In this document: positions 1 through 12,120 of the stretch, one piece after another
Numbering within the stretch: position 1 is the stretch's first letter
Layout of the letters: every line of letters starts with the position of its first letter
Assembly (NCBI GenBank): GCA_002269645.1
Contig: NIVC01000753.1
Location: 1-64,000 of the forward strand
Source of the DNA: Macrostomum lignano
Lineage: Eukaryota
DNA: 64,000 bases
Direction of reading: 5' to 3'
Notes under the pieces: model-generated
The model's input: only the letters and a program-made list of their open reading frames with translations
What the model was told of the DNA's origin: nothing
The model's database searches: none
Program-made: the position numbers and the translations under genes

Positions 1-2079
1 CAAGTACTCCTATTAACATCAATAATTGAAACCAATATTTTACCACAAGGCTACTCTCAACAATTCGAACTTGTGTCGCACCACATGCAATCAAAGCCAT
101 CAAAAAGAATTCTCAAAGAAGCGGAGTACGTGGCCAATTGTTTAGCTCATAAAGCAAATTATTCATGTTTATTGCGTCAAACTCAGCTGTGCTCGATGAC
201 CGGCTAAAATGTATTTTCTAGCCATTCAAACTGGCTAGCCGCTTCTGAGTTGTGCTCAAAATGTTCAGCACAGGAGACTGGAGATTTCGGACAGGCAGCC
301 TGGTTGGAACATCAGTGTGGAGACTGTCTGACACCTCCGGCTGATTGAGTGCGTCAGCAAAGGAATGGAGTAAGTCGGCTACTTAGCACAGTATAAAATA
401 GGTTAGGGGGGGCTAGGTGCATCGCGATAGGCATGGCGGACAGCGGATATGACAGAGTAGGTCATTATTTTACACCTGAATGGCCGACTGAAGATTGCTA
501 GCAAAATACTGGGGGTAAAGCGGGGATCTAGGGTAACCAGGTTATCTACTATACTAATATTTTAATAAGTGAATAATTATTGTCATACTTCTACTGGTTA
601 ACGGTTTAATTAAGCAAATTCGTTTGTATCCTAATCATTACTAAAATACAGCGAGGATTAATCGAAGATATGAAAAGATAGAAGAGTATATATGTATACA
701 TATGGCTAGATAAAATATGCATTTTTAAGCTAACAGAGGCCGCTGGGAAAAATTGCAGTGATAACAGGCTGATGACGACAAGTTGACAAGTCACCCTGTC
801 GTCGCCATTGGCAGTCGACCAATCAGAGGCCGATAGAAAGCAGGCAGCGAAGCGGATTTGGAAGCGCGCATTTGCACGATACTACTGAGTTGAACAAATC
901 AAACTTATTTTAGTAAATCAATAGTAAATCGACAAGGCTGTCGTCTCTAGCCTGTAGTTGCTTGTCGTCAGAGTGTCGTCGCTGCAAAATTTTTCCCAGC
1001 GTTTAAGCTTCAATAATATCACAACTTGAGACTTTAAAAACTGTCGTCAATTTTAACAAAAAAATTCCCACTGGCTGCAAAATTGAAAAGAAAAAAGGCA
1101 GCACAGCTATTATATGGAAAATTTGCGAATTATGCTTTCAACTAAGCAAACAAGATCGGAAAACAACAGAAGCAGACTAAAGCGCAGAGAGGACTCGATT
1201 GTGTGCGAAAGGTGACCCAGAGCAGGGAACACTGGAGGCCAGGGAAGTGAAAAAACTCGCAATCTTGGTTTCAATTTAAAGCTAAAAATAAATTTTTTCA
1301 TAACTGACACAAGTGACATCTGAGAATAAGCACAAGCTCAGGATTTCTGCAGCTGAAAAGTTAAAGAAATAATTTTTGTTCGTTAATTTGCGACTTTTTT
1401 AAAAAATAAGTCCAGCTCTTTTTGTACTTCCCCGCGGCAGAAATACTGAAATTCTGATAGTTTTCCCATGAAACTCGTGCCAGTTGTGAGGAACTATTTT
1501 ATTCAACTTCTTGATAATTCCGAATTTCCGCCTGGGTCACCAAGTTTTGGTGACTGTTACATCCTTGTCTTCAGTGCTCCCTGCACGGGGAGAGCTCGTA
1601 TATGAAAAAGACAATTGTCTAAAAAGGAACGCTTTTTTTGCTTGTAAAAGTGAGCCACGGTGTAGAAGGTTAGTAATAATATATCAGTAGTAGAAAAACA
1701 CAGTTAAGAAAGCTTTCTTACTGTTAACTTGCATAGGATATTTGCACGTGCATATGCAATAATGCTACTAAAAGTACTATTATGCCTTTGAATGCGCCAA
1801 AGAGTCCAGCATAGCGTGTTTGGCGCAGCCGAACTGCCTACGGGGGAGATTAGACAGGAGAATGGAAAAGGGATGTGCCAGATAGCGAACTAGGAATTAA
1901 GGGGGATTTCAATGGCTTAGGCTGGGATTCTGGGAAACGCAGCGGAGGGGAGAGCAGGGGGGGGGGAGAAAATTTTGAGTACAGTTGGGTGAGCCGGAGA
2001 CGGTGGAGAGAGAGAGAGAGAGAGAGCAAACAGTCTTGAAAGCTGCACCATTGTGGAGTGAAAAGTCAACTGCATGGGG

Positions 2080-5000
2080 CTAAGCCCCCCCCCCCCCTAG
2101 CACAGGTCGCCTCATCGCTGTCCTCGTCGGCTCGTCCGGCCCGGACGTTGGCGGAGATTCGTCGGAGTCGCGGGCGACCTCCTCGGGCGCCTGTTTCGCA
2201 GCCTCTCCCGTTGCATTGTCGTCCTCCTCGGCCACCGCTGATTGCTCGGCATCGACAGGTACCGCCTCTGGCTCATCTGGCACCGCCTCAGAGACCAAAC
2301 CAGCCGCTTCATCTGTGGCCGCCTGGCCTGGTTCATCTTGCTCTTCCTGCGGCGGCTGCGGCTGCTGCTCGATCTGGGGTGATTGCACTTTTGCTGGAGC
2401 CTCGGCAGGCGCTTGCGACTTTTTAGCCTCCGCTCCGCTGCCGCCGCTGCCCAGACCAATGTCCAGTCCGAGTAGGTCGTTCAGGTTGAAGGACTGCGGC
2501 TGCTGCGGTTGCTGCTGCACGCTGGGCGCCTGCGCCGCTGCCTCCTCCGCCATGGCTTCCAGAGGGTCGAAAATGCCGCCATCGGAGGCCTCAGCCGCCT
2601 GGTCGACTGCCGAACCAGCGGACGGGCTGGGACCGCCGGACAGATCGACAAATGCTGACAGCAGCGACGCCCCAGCTGGTGGAGCCGCCTCGCCGGTTTC
2701 CGCGGCTGCTGCTGCCGCTGCATCATCCTCCTCATCATGAGACGCCGCTGCTGCTTCCGCCCTGTCTTGTCCTCCAGCCTCCGCCTCCGCCTCGTCGTCC
2801 GAGTCTTTCATCGGTGGCACATCGTCCAGGATGCTCTTCAGTGCGGCGTCCTTTCTCTCGCCAGAACGTACTGGATGCCCCAGTTGTAGCTGTACTTGGC
2901 AATGTATTTCACAAACTTGCGGGCGTCTCTGTGTGCTCGACTCCGATGCTCCGAATGGTGCAACCGGACACCGTGCTGCCCGGCATAGTGAACTCCACGT
3001 GTAGCGAGTCGTTCAGAGTCTCCCAGGCGGGCACCGTGTCGTGCGGGCCGAGTTGCAGTTTACAGGTGAACAGGTGACTCTTGTAGGCGCCTGTGCGTTG
3101 TTGGGTTGAAGAGATTGCGGGTCGGATTGCTACATGCTCAACTGTATGGATTCTTTGTGGATTTGCAAAACAGCCTATCGAATGGGAAATAATAGGCCAA
3201 GCCGACAGCTTCAAGTTAAAGCGAAGCCAGTCAGGAAATTAATATTTTCTTTTGACCTACGACACTGTTCGCCCATCAAAAGCATAGGAACGTAGAGATA
3301 ATCCCCGGCAACTACAATACCGTAGGGCGAGTACGTGTATTTGAATTGCTATAAGAGCACAATATGCTCTGGACATAAGTGCGGCAATGCGTGTATCGCT
3401 TGGACTAATGTACTGTTCATTCCATATGTCCGGTTTGGTTGGTTTCTTGAAGTAATTACGTGCTCTGAAGATGTCAATTTGACATGTTGGCTATAATAAT
3501 AATCTACGCTAATAATCCCCCCCCCCTCAATTACCGTGATGCTTCTCGGGAAGACGGCCGATGCGCCAGACGATGGCTCGGTAGAGGTGCTCGTACTTGG
3601 CCACGCCGGTGTCGGCCTCCATGATCGAGGGCGGGAAGAAGCCCTGCGCCATCTGGGTGAAGCGCTCAATGCCCTTGATTCGGCCTGGCCGGCGCAGCGT
3701 GGAGTGCACGGAGTTGTACTTGAATTTGCCCTCCTGTCGGAAGAAATACACCCAGTCCTCCGGCAGCGGGATGCGGATCTCGATGTCTTCGGCAGGCACC
3801 TCGTGGCACCGGGTGTGACTGCTGAAGAAGCCCCCACTACGACATCGCAGCGGATGTCTACGCGGTCCTTGTTTATGTTGAAGACGCATTTCAACTGCAC
3901 TGGCAGCTCCTGGTTGGCCTTGAGCGGCACGCGGAACCGCATCAGCTCAAAGCGGCACGCGTCCAACGGGTAGAAGCAGATCATGTGCGACTGCTCGTAG
4001 CGCTGCATGTCCACCACGGCGTGGAACTCCGGCTCGTACATCTCGATCCAGTCGTCGTGCATGATTGGGATGATGTCCTGCCGTTTCACCACCTCGTTGC
4101 CGTAGCGCCATTTGTCGTTGAGACCCAGCTCGACGAATGGCATGCCAGCAACGAAGGCCATGAAGAAGACTCTAGTGCGCGACTTCTGGTGCAGCGTATG
4201 GCCCTCCTTATCCACCAGGGCCTCGAACTCGTCCTGCACGTAGCCGCAGCACTCCTCCTTGCTGTAGTCTGTGGGCGCCTTGTTCCTGTCGCGGCCTACC
4301 GAAATTTTCATCATCTCGTCCTCGATGGCCCACATCAGCGACCGGATGGTGTACTGGTCCATGCTGCCAAACTTGACGATCTCGGTTCGAACCGGCATGT
4401 GTCGAACACGTCTGCAGTCTTGGGCTTGCTGATCATGGTCTGGATGGTCTTCAGCGACCACTTCTCGGTGCGCACGCCGACGATCTCCTTGTAGGTGAGC
4501 ATGTTCACCTGAGAATGGCGTGTGGCAAATTCGAGGTATTTAACAGCTGAGCAACTCTCATTGAGCCTTGCCGTCTAAGCAAAGATTGCAAGGGAGTCTC
4601 ACAGCCAGCAGTGAAACTGTGAGGCTTTGAGGCTGTGGCTGTACATGTGTACAGTGTGCATCATACTTTTACTTACCTTGAAAATGTGCAGCTTGCCGTA
4701 TTTGTCGTACTGCTGCAGCTTGTCCCGGCTCAGCTGATGGTGTGGCTCGAGCCGGACCGTCCTGTAGGGCGTGCTCGGGTCCTCCTGGTTGAACAACCTC
4801 AGGGTTGGCCTGTCCTGCTCCCATGCAATGCGCACGTGAATCTCCTTCCACCATCGGTCGGAGGTGAACTTGCTGATCTGCTTGCTCATCTTCTTCTTCT
4901 TCTCTGGCATTCGCACCATTACCCGCCAGCCGTCCTCCTCGTAGCGCGGGTGGAACGGCTCGAATGGCGCCATGGGCGGCGTCGGGCTGCGCAGCCGCTT

Positions 5001-8000
5001 GCGGGCCTCCATCGCTACATCTGTCACCGCCATCGGCGTTGGCGCGTTCGGCCGCTCCCAATTTACCTCGAAGGCGAGGTCGTCGCCGAAGCCTTCGCCG
5101 TCAGCGGCCTGAGCGCCTTCTCCAGCGTCGCCCCAGACATTGCCCTCGTCGCCGGCCGTTTCCCCCGTGCCCACTTCCCGGCCTTTGAGCTGCGGCGACT
5201 TGGCCTGCGACTCGTCGATGTCGAATGGATTGAAGCGACCTTGCAGTTCGATTTTTGGCGGAGCGGACAGCACCGGCACCGGGGCGGACTCCAGCGGCTT
5301 TTCCAGCACCGTGGTCTTCGTCCGGATGCGCACCTTTAGCCGGTCCTCCTCTTCTTCGTCGCTACTGTCGCTGTCATCTTGCGGATAAATTGTGCCCAGC
5401 GGGTTGAACGACTTCGGCTTCGCTTCTGCAGCCTCGGCCGGCGCTGCCGCGTCCTCCTCGGGTGCCTCGCCCTCCGCCTCGTTCCGCTCGGCACCGTCCT
5501 CGTTGGAGCCGCGGCTATCATCCTTGCGGAACGGTGTTGTTGCCGGACAGCGTGTCCTGCTGGGCCACCGCGGCGACGGCCTTCGGCCTCGGGCGCTCCC
5601 GGGCCACGGTTGAGCCGCCGGCCAGACTCTCCTCCATCAGGGCCTCCCTGGCCGCGGCTTCCTTCATCTCCTCAGTCACCGTGAATTCGTCATTGTCGAA
5701 CAAGCCAGCTCCGCCGTCGCCATCGTCTGCTGGAGCGGCGGCGGCAGCCCCGAAAGCCGCGCCGAAAGCGTCAGTGGAGGCCTGCTGCGGCGCAGCCTCC
5801 GACTCGTCTGCCTTTGGCTGCTCATCAGCTGATTGCTTGTCTTCCCTGAGAAAGTCGTCCACAATGCTCTCCGGGCCTTTGTACTCGGCCTCGCTCGCGG
5901 CCGTCGCTGCCGTCGCCACTTCGGCGAGGTCGTCCCGGCGGTCGTCGTGCTGATGGCCTCCCGGCTGTTGGAGGGCAGCAGCTGTCCCGTGCGCGGCTCG
6001 CCGAGGTCGGCCTCATCAAAGTCGTCGGCGTCGAAATTTCGCCAAACCTTCCGCTTCTCCTCCTCGGATTTCTTCACCTCGGATGGCAGCGGCGGCAGCT
6101 TGAAGCGGGCCGCCTCGGCCTCCTCGTCCTGCTGCTTTCGCTGCGCGTAGGCGGAGCTCATCTTCTGCGTTGTGGCCTGCGTAGCGCTGGAGATACGCAC
6201 TCGGAACTGCTCGAACTCCTTCCACTCGTCGCTCTCCGTCTTCTCGAAGTGATCGAACGGGTTCACGGTGTTCATGATCCGGTCCATCTCCTCTTGCTCG
6301 CGCTTCTCCCTTCGCACCCGCTTGCTCTCGCCTTTCAGCACCTGTTTGATCGCCTTCTTCGGGTTGGGCAGCTTCGGAAACTTGCTGAAGTGTGACTTGA
6401 ACGGGAACTGCACGTTCTGGCTGGGCAGCTCCGCTTCTTCTGCAATGAAGGAATTGAGCAGCGCTCCCGTTTTTCTACTTTTCATCAAACCTTTCAGGAG
6501 ATGCTCGAACTACTCAATGGGACAGGGCCGGCAGTGACCCCGTGATCCTGGCTGTGTCAGCTCTAGTCCTCATCTAGCCCCCGTTGATTCTGCAAGCGAG
6601 TACTCCATAGCGTCTCTCAGGCAGTTTCCGCTGGCCGTCGAGTCACCCCCCCTTTTGGTAGCAGCGAATTAGGCGAGGACAGGATGAGGGGGTGGCGATC
6701 TCCTTTCCCGCCTAGTGCCGCCTCATCGCGGTGCTAAGTCAGCGTCATCTTCGCCCTCCTCGCCCCCTTCCCAGTTCTTCTCCCTCGGTCTCGCCGAATT
6801 CCGATCAATGAATGCCCGAGCTCTCTGCTTCAACTTCTTTCTTCGCTGCCTCTCTGAGCAATCGATTTAGCTGGGCAGTTTGCGGGAATTTTATGCCAGG
6901 CTGCGAGGGGCGCGAGCGCATGGGAACAGAGCTCAGTCTCTCTCTTCTCTCTCCCCCCCCGCAGTTTCTCCAGACTTTTGACCAGCAACTGCTCGCCACA
7001 GTACTCTCCTATAAAGTCAGAGAAAGTTTAACTGAAGAGCGAGGCCCCGATAAAGGATGTTTATTTATTATAAAGCACGGCTCAACTCGGGCAAGGGGGT
7101 TGGTTGGGAAAGTCAATAGACAAGCTCGGTTAAGAAAGACTCAAATTTCTCTAGTTGGAGTGGCGTGGAGGTGTGTAAGGTCACATTGTCTCCGTGAGAG
7201 GACTGACGGAGTGACATAGTGACGGAGTGACATACTGACGGAGTGACATACTGACGGAGTGACATAGTGACGGAGTGACATAGTGACGGAGTGACATAGT
7301 GACGGAGTGACATAGTGACGGAGTGACATAGTGACGGAGTGACATAGTGACGGAGTGACATAGTGACGGAGTGACATAGTGACGGAGTGACATAGTGACG
7401 GAGTGACATAGTGACGGAGTGACATAGTGACGGAGTGACATAGTGACGGAGTGACATAGTGACGGAGTGACATAGTGACGGAGTGACATAGTGACGGAGT
7501 GACATAGTGACGGAGTGACATAGTGACGGAGTGACATAGTGACGGAGTGACATAGTGACGGAGTGACATAGTGACGGAGTGACATAGTGACATAGTGACG
7601 GAGTGACATAGTGACGGAGTGACATAGTGACGGAGTGACATAGTGACGGAGTGACATAGTGACGGAGTGACATAGTGACATAGTGACATAGTGAGTGACA
7701 TAGTGACGGAGTGACATAGTGACCGAGTGACCGAGTTCACTCTCGATAAACTTACCTGACTTGCTTTTCGAGTCCGTCGGTGGCGGTGGCCTGGCAGGCG
7801 GCGCCCCGGCCCCAGGCGGAGGTGGCCTCGGCGGCGCCCCTGCGCCGGAGCCAGGTGGTGGCGGCCTGGCCGGAGGAGCGGCCCGCTGAGAGCCCGACTC
7901 GCCCTGGTAGGTCATGTCCGAGTAGCCGTACTCGCCGTAGTAGCCGCCTGCCAGGGCCTCGCCGTACTGATACTGATACTGCTGGTCGCCGTTCTGATTG

Positions 8001-9979
8001 TAGCCATCGCCGTACTGATAGCCCTCGCCGTATTGGTAGCCTTCGCCGTATGGGTAGCCCTCGCCGTAGCCATACTGACTTTCGTAGCCTTGACCTGAGT
8101 AGTAGCTCGCGTCGTACTGGTACTGATCCTGTGAGTACTCCTGACCTTCAGCCGGGTAGCCTTCCTGACCTTCAGCCGGGTAGCCTTCCTGACCTTCAGC
8201 CGGGTAGCCTTCCTGACCTTCAGCCGGGTAGCCTTCCTGACCTTCAGCCGGGTAGCCTTCCTGACCTTCAGCCAGGTAGCCTTCCTGACCTTCAGCCGGG
8301 TAGCCTTCCTGACCTTCAGCCGGGTAGCCTTCCTGACCTTCAGCCGGGTAGCCTTCCTGACCTTCAGTCGGGTGGTAGCCTTCCAGACCTTCAGTCGGGT
8401 AGCCTTCCTGACCTTCAGTCGGGTAGCCTTCCTGACCTTCAGCCGGGTAGCCTTCCAGACCTTCAGTCGGGTAGCCTTCCAGACCTTCAGTCGGGTAGCC
8501 TTCCTGACCTTCAGTCGGGTAGCCTTCCTGACCTTCAGCCGGGTAGCTTTCATAGCCTTCATACCCGTAGCCGTACTGCTGCTGCCCCTCAGTGGGGTAG
8601 CCTTCATAGCCCTCATAGCCGGCATACTCCTGCTGCTGGCCCTCAGTCTGGTAGTCCGCATACTGCTGCTGATAATCTGTTGAGTAGCCCTCGTAGTGGT
8701 CGTCCGAATACGCCGCCGACTCAATGGGGTGCTGCTCTCCATCCTGCTTGTCTAGCATCTCCGGCGGCACGGGCGTCGTCGCCGACGGATAGGAAAAGTC
8801 GTAGCCCAGCGAATTGCCCGACGCCATCGCTGCGGCCACCTCGGCGGCCGCGGGGTCCGAGTCCTGCACGTAACACTCCTCTGGGATCACCTCCCGCAGC
8901 TCGCCGTAGCTGCCGTGCACAGACACCATGATCTCCGGCCGCGGCAGGTCCTCGCACTCTGTGACGCTCAGCGCCACTCCGCAAGCATTTTGTACTTCCT
9001 CGTCGAACACCGCCGTCTCCGTTGGCACCGCGGCCAGCTGCCGGAGCTCCTCTTTGTCCTCCTCCTCCTCCTTGGCGGGCGCGTCTCCTTCTAGCGAGTC
9101 GCCCAGTGACGACTTTGCGAAGAACTCCTGGATGGCTTCGCTGTCCCTGTCGCCACCGCCGCTGCCACCAACTTCGACTGGGGCAGCCGTCGCGCCCTCC
9201 CAGTCGTCTTCGTTGTCGACCCGGTCCAGGTTGAACTGCTCGCTGATGTCCCGCACCAGCTCGGTGAGCTCGGTGGACACCTGGCCAGGCTGGGCCGCTG
9301 AGGCCAGGCCAGGCGCCGCCTCGGTCTCCGCCGGCCCCGAGCCGCCCTGATCACCTCGACGTCGATCTCCGAGTTGCGTCGACTCGAGCCGCGCGAACTG
9401 CCCGTTGAGTATTTGCGGCTAATGTTGCGCGAGCTGTACCGATCGCGCGACATCGACCGGGTCCGGCTGCCGGCCTTCTGGAGAATCGCCGATCCCGGTC
9501 GGGCATGACGACGTCCTTCTCAGTGTACTCCAGAGACAGCGTGCTGGACTTGAAGGCCTCCTCGCTCTGCACGTAGGGCGAGCCGTAGTCGTCTGCGGCC
9601 ATGTAGTTGTAGTAGACCCCCTCTACGTTGCCTCGTGTGCGTAGGTCTGGCCGTACTCGAACTCAGTCGCATCGTACTCGGCAGCGGATGGCGAGTCGCC
9701 AGACCGTCTGGGCCCCGCTGCTGGCTGCTGGCCGACCGTTGCTGCCTGTAGGAGGCCACCGGCTCGTCCCGGCGGGCGGTTCGCTGCCCCCGAGACGGAG
9801 CTGGCGGAGGAGGCGCCCGTCTGGACGACGCCGACGCTGCTGAGGTTGACGCTCCGCCAGACTGTGTGGTCGCTGCGGAGCCGGCGGTGTCTGCGCCAGC
9901 GGCTGCTGCTGCTGCGGCTCCTCCCTCTGCTTCTCTTCTTCCGGCCGAACGGCAGGCTGCTGAAAAATCCTTTGTTCAT
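2080..9979 (-). CDS. stnB: Stonin / stoned-B-like endocytic adaptor (SHD + mu-homology domain); 4 exons ~9979-7756, 6439-4677, 4508-3535, 3090-~2080; multiple 1-bp frameshifts
   Basis: The translation shows a stonin-homology region (GWRVMVRMPEKKK...RWWKEIHVR...KLQQYDKYGKLHIFK) and a mu-homology domain (GMPFVELGLND...FYPLDACRFELMRFR...IVWRIGRLP...VEFTMPGSTVSGCTIRSI...KFVKYIAKYSY), plus NPF and WxxF motifs. Splice sites are canonical and phase-compatible: CAG|GTAAGT 7756/7755 to TGCAG| 6440; AAG|GTAAGT 4677 to CTCAG| 4509; G|GTAATT 3535 to CACAG| 3091. The exact start and stop are uncertain because of the frameshifts. Confidence 0.9.
7201..7735. repeat. 16-bp minisatellite (GTGACATAGTGACGGA)n in stonin intron 1
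   Basis: Directly visible 16-bp period built from two related 8-mers; it explains spurious ORFs 7113-7740. Confidence 0.95.
8134..8548 (-). repeat. Coding 24-bp tandem repeat, (EGYPA/TEGQ)n, ~17 copies, in stonin exon 1
   Basis: The plus-strand unit GTAGCCTTCCTGACCTTCAGCCGG is in frame in ORF 7181-9280. Confidence 0.9.
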
Positions 9980-11477
9980 GTCGGCTTCGGCGGCGCCGGC
10001 TGGACCGGAGAGCTGGCGCTAGGCGCGGGCTCCCCGCCGCGAGCTGGCCAAGGATTCGCTCTAATCCGGAGGTGGACGCTGGGAGTGGCGCGAAGAGCAG
10101 GAATTCGCTTCGGTCGCTGCGGTAGAAGTAAATTCGCTTGAGCCACTTTTACGATTGCTTGGCCTCGGCGCGTCTTTTTTGAATCTGCGACTCAGCGGGT
10201 CAGTGTGCTCTCCTGTTCTGGCGCCTTGAGAAACTTACTGGGGCTCTCGCGTGGAGAGAAACTTGCCGCTTTCTACGAGGGCAACCCTACGAGAGGAGAA
10301 CTGCAGCGGGGCGGAGTGCTGGGAAGAAAGGGGCGGGGAGAGGGGAGATTGGAGAAGGGGTTGAGAAAGGCCGGCGGAGGAGGAGGGGAGGTGAGCGAGA
10401 GAAGAGAGCTAGCCGAGATGAAGCGCCTCAGTCGCAGTTCCCATGGGGCGGTGAAGAACTTGGGGGCGCCCGTATTGATCGGGGCGGACTCCGTCGGCGG
10501 CCCAGCCTCCCGGAAGCCTCATCGTTGAGCGTACTCTCACGGCGACCAGCCCGTGATTCGCTCACCTCCCGCCTGTCCCAGCAGCGTAGATGAAGCAGAA
10601 TGGGTACGGGGATGGAGGTTGGCAGCCTGGGGTTGCACTGGCGCCGCGGCAGGAAAAGTACTCAGTAAGGCCAGTGTAATGAGCAGAGGAGGCCGGCGGG
10701 GGACGAGGAGGAGGAGGCTGAGGAGGATGAGGAGGATGAGGAGAAAGAATGATGAAGAGAGCTCAAAAGAGTTTTGCTTGGACGGCTGTGAGAATGGTGT
10801 GTGCGAGAGAGACTGGGCGAGATAAGGGGTTGGGGGGGGGGAAATAGATGCAGATTGAGCTCCCACTCCCTCAGCCTCCCCCGGCCTAAGTGGGCAAAGG
10901 AGAGATGGAGATTTCCAGCCTAGATTGAAAGGAGCGGACAGTTGCTGGGCACAGATGGGGAGGCTGCGTGCGTGCTTATGCTTGGAGATAGCTGAGAAAG
11001 TTTTGCAATGAACCCTGGCTTGAATTCATACGGACAGCGAAGGAATGTATATGAATACAGTGTTTGCTGCCCCCCCCCCACAACTCCAGATATCATTCTC
11101 TCGAGGAGACTGTGGCTGTTCTTCTTCATCATTGGGCCGGGTTAATAATTCATCGAGTGCCGCCTGTCTGGCAGGTTGCCTGGCTCCTGAGGAAGCTAGA
11201 AGGATAAAATCCGATGGGGTGAGGGAGATCAGAGAGCTCTTGATTGGATAGTTATATTGGAGTCATGGCTTCGCAGGCCTAATAATGTTGTACTTATCAT
11301 GCTGTCTCTCTTTCACTTGCTCTCATTACTTACTTTTTATGCCTCGCTCACTTCCGCAACTATATTTCCTGGTGGGGTGGCGGGTAAGGGATGTTGACAG
11401 CTCCACCACAGCTTCATTATCTGCACAATTCAAGTCTATCGCATCATTGTGCTGAACTCAGACACACTACCTCAGCG

Positions 11478-12120
11478 TGAGGGAGATGAAGGCTTTGGAA
11501 TGTAGAGGAAGGGAGAGGAAGGGTTAGGAATGTAGAGGAAGGGAGATGAAGGGTTAGGAATGTAGAGGAAGGGAGATGAAGGGTTTAGAAATGTAGAGGA
11601 AGGGAGATGAAGGGTTAGGAATGTAGAGGAAGGGAGATGAAGGGTTTAGAAATGTAGAGGAAGGGAGAGGAAGGGTTAGGAATGTAGAGGAAGGGAGAGG
11701 AAGGGTTAGGAATGTAGAGGAAGGGAGGGGAAGGGTTTAGAAATGTAGAGGAAGGGAGATGAAGGGTTAGGAATGTAGAGGAAGGGAGATGAAGGGTTTA
11801 GAAATGTAGAGGAAGGGAGAGGAAGGGTTAGGAATGTAGAGGAAGGGAGAGGAAGGGTTAGGAATGTAGAGGAAGGGAGGGAAGGGTTAGGAATGTAGAG
11901 GAAGGGAGGGGAAGGGTTAGGAATGTAGAGGAAGGGAGAGGAAGGGTTAGGAATGTAGAGGAAGGGAGAGGAAGGGTTAGGAATGTAGAGGAAGGGAGGG
12001 GAAGGGTTAGGAATGTAGAGGAAGGGAGAGGAAGGGTTAGGAATGTAGAGGAAGGGAGAGGAAGGGTTAGGAATGTAGAGGAAGGGAGAGGAAGGGTTAG
12101 GAATGTAGAGGATGAAGGGT
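11478..12120. repeat. 30-bp purine-rich minisatellite (GAAGGGTTAGGAATGTAGAGGAAGGGAGAG)n
   Basis: Visible 30-31 bp period, about 20 copies. Confidence 0.95.

Noticed and set aside
2058-10141. Many overlapping plus-strand and off-frame ORFs across stonin
   Set aside because: They are antisense or alternative-frame shadows of GC-rich coding sequence.
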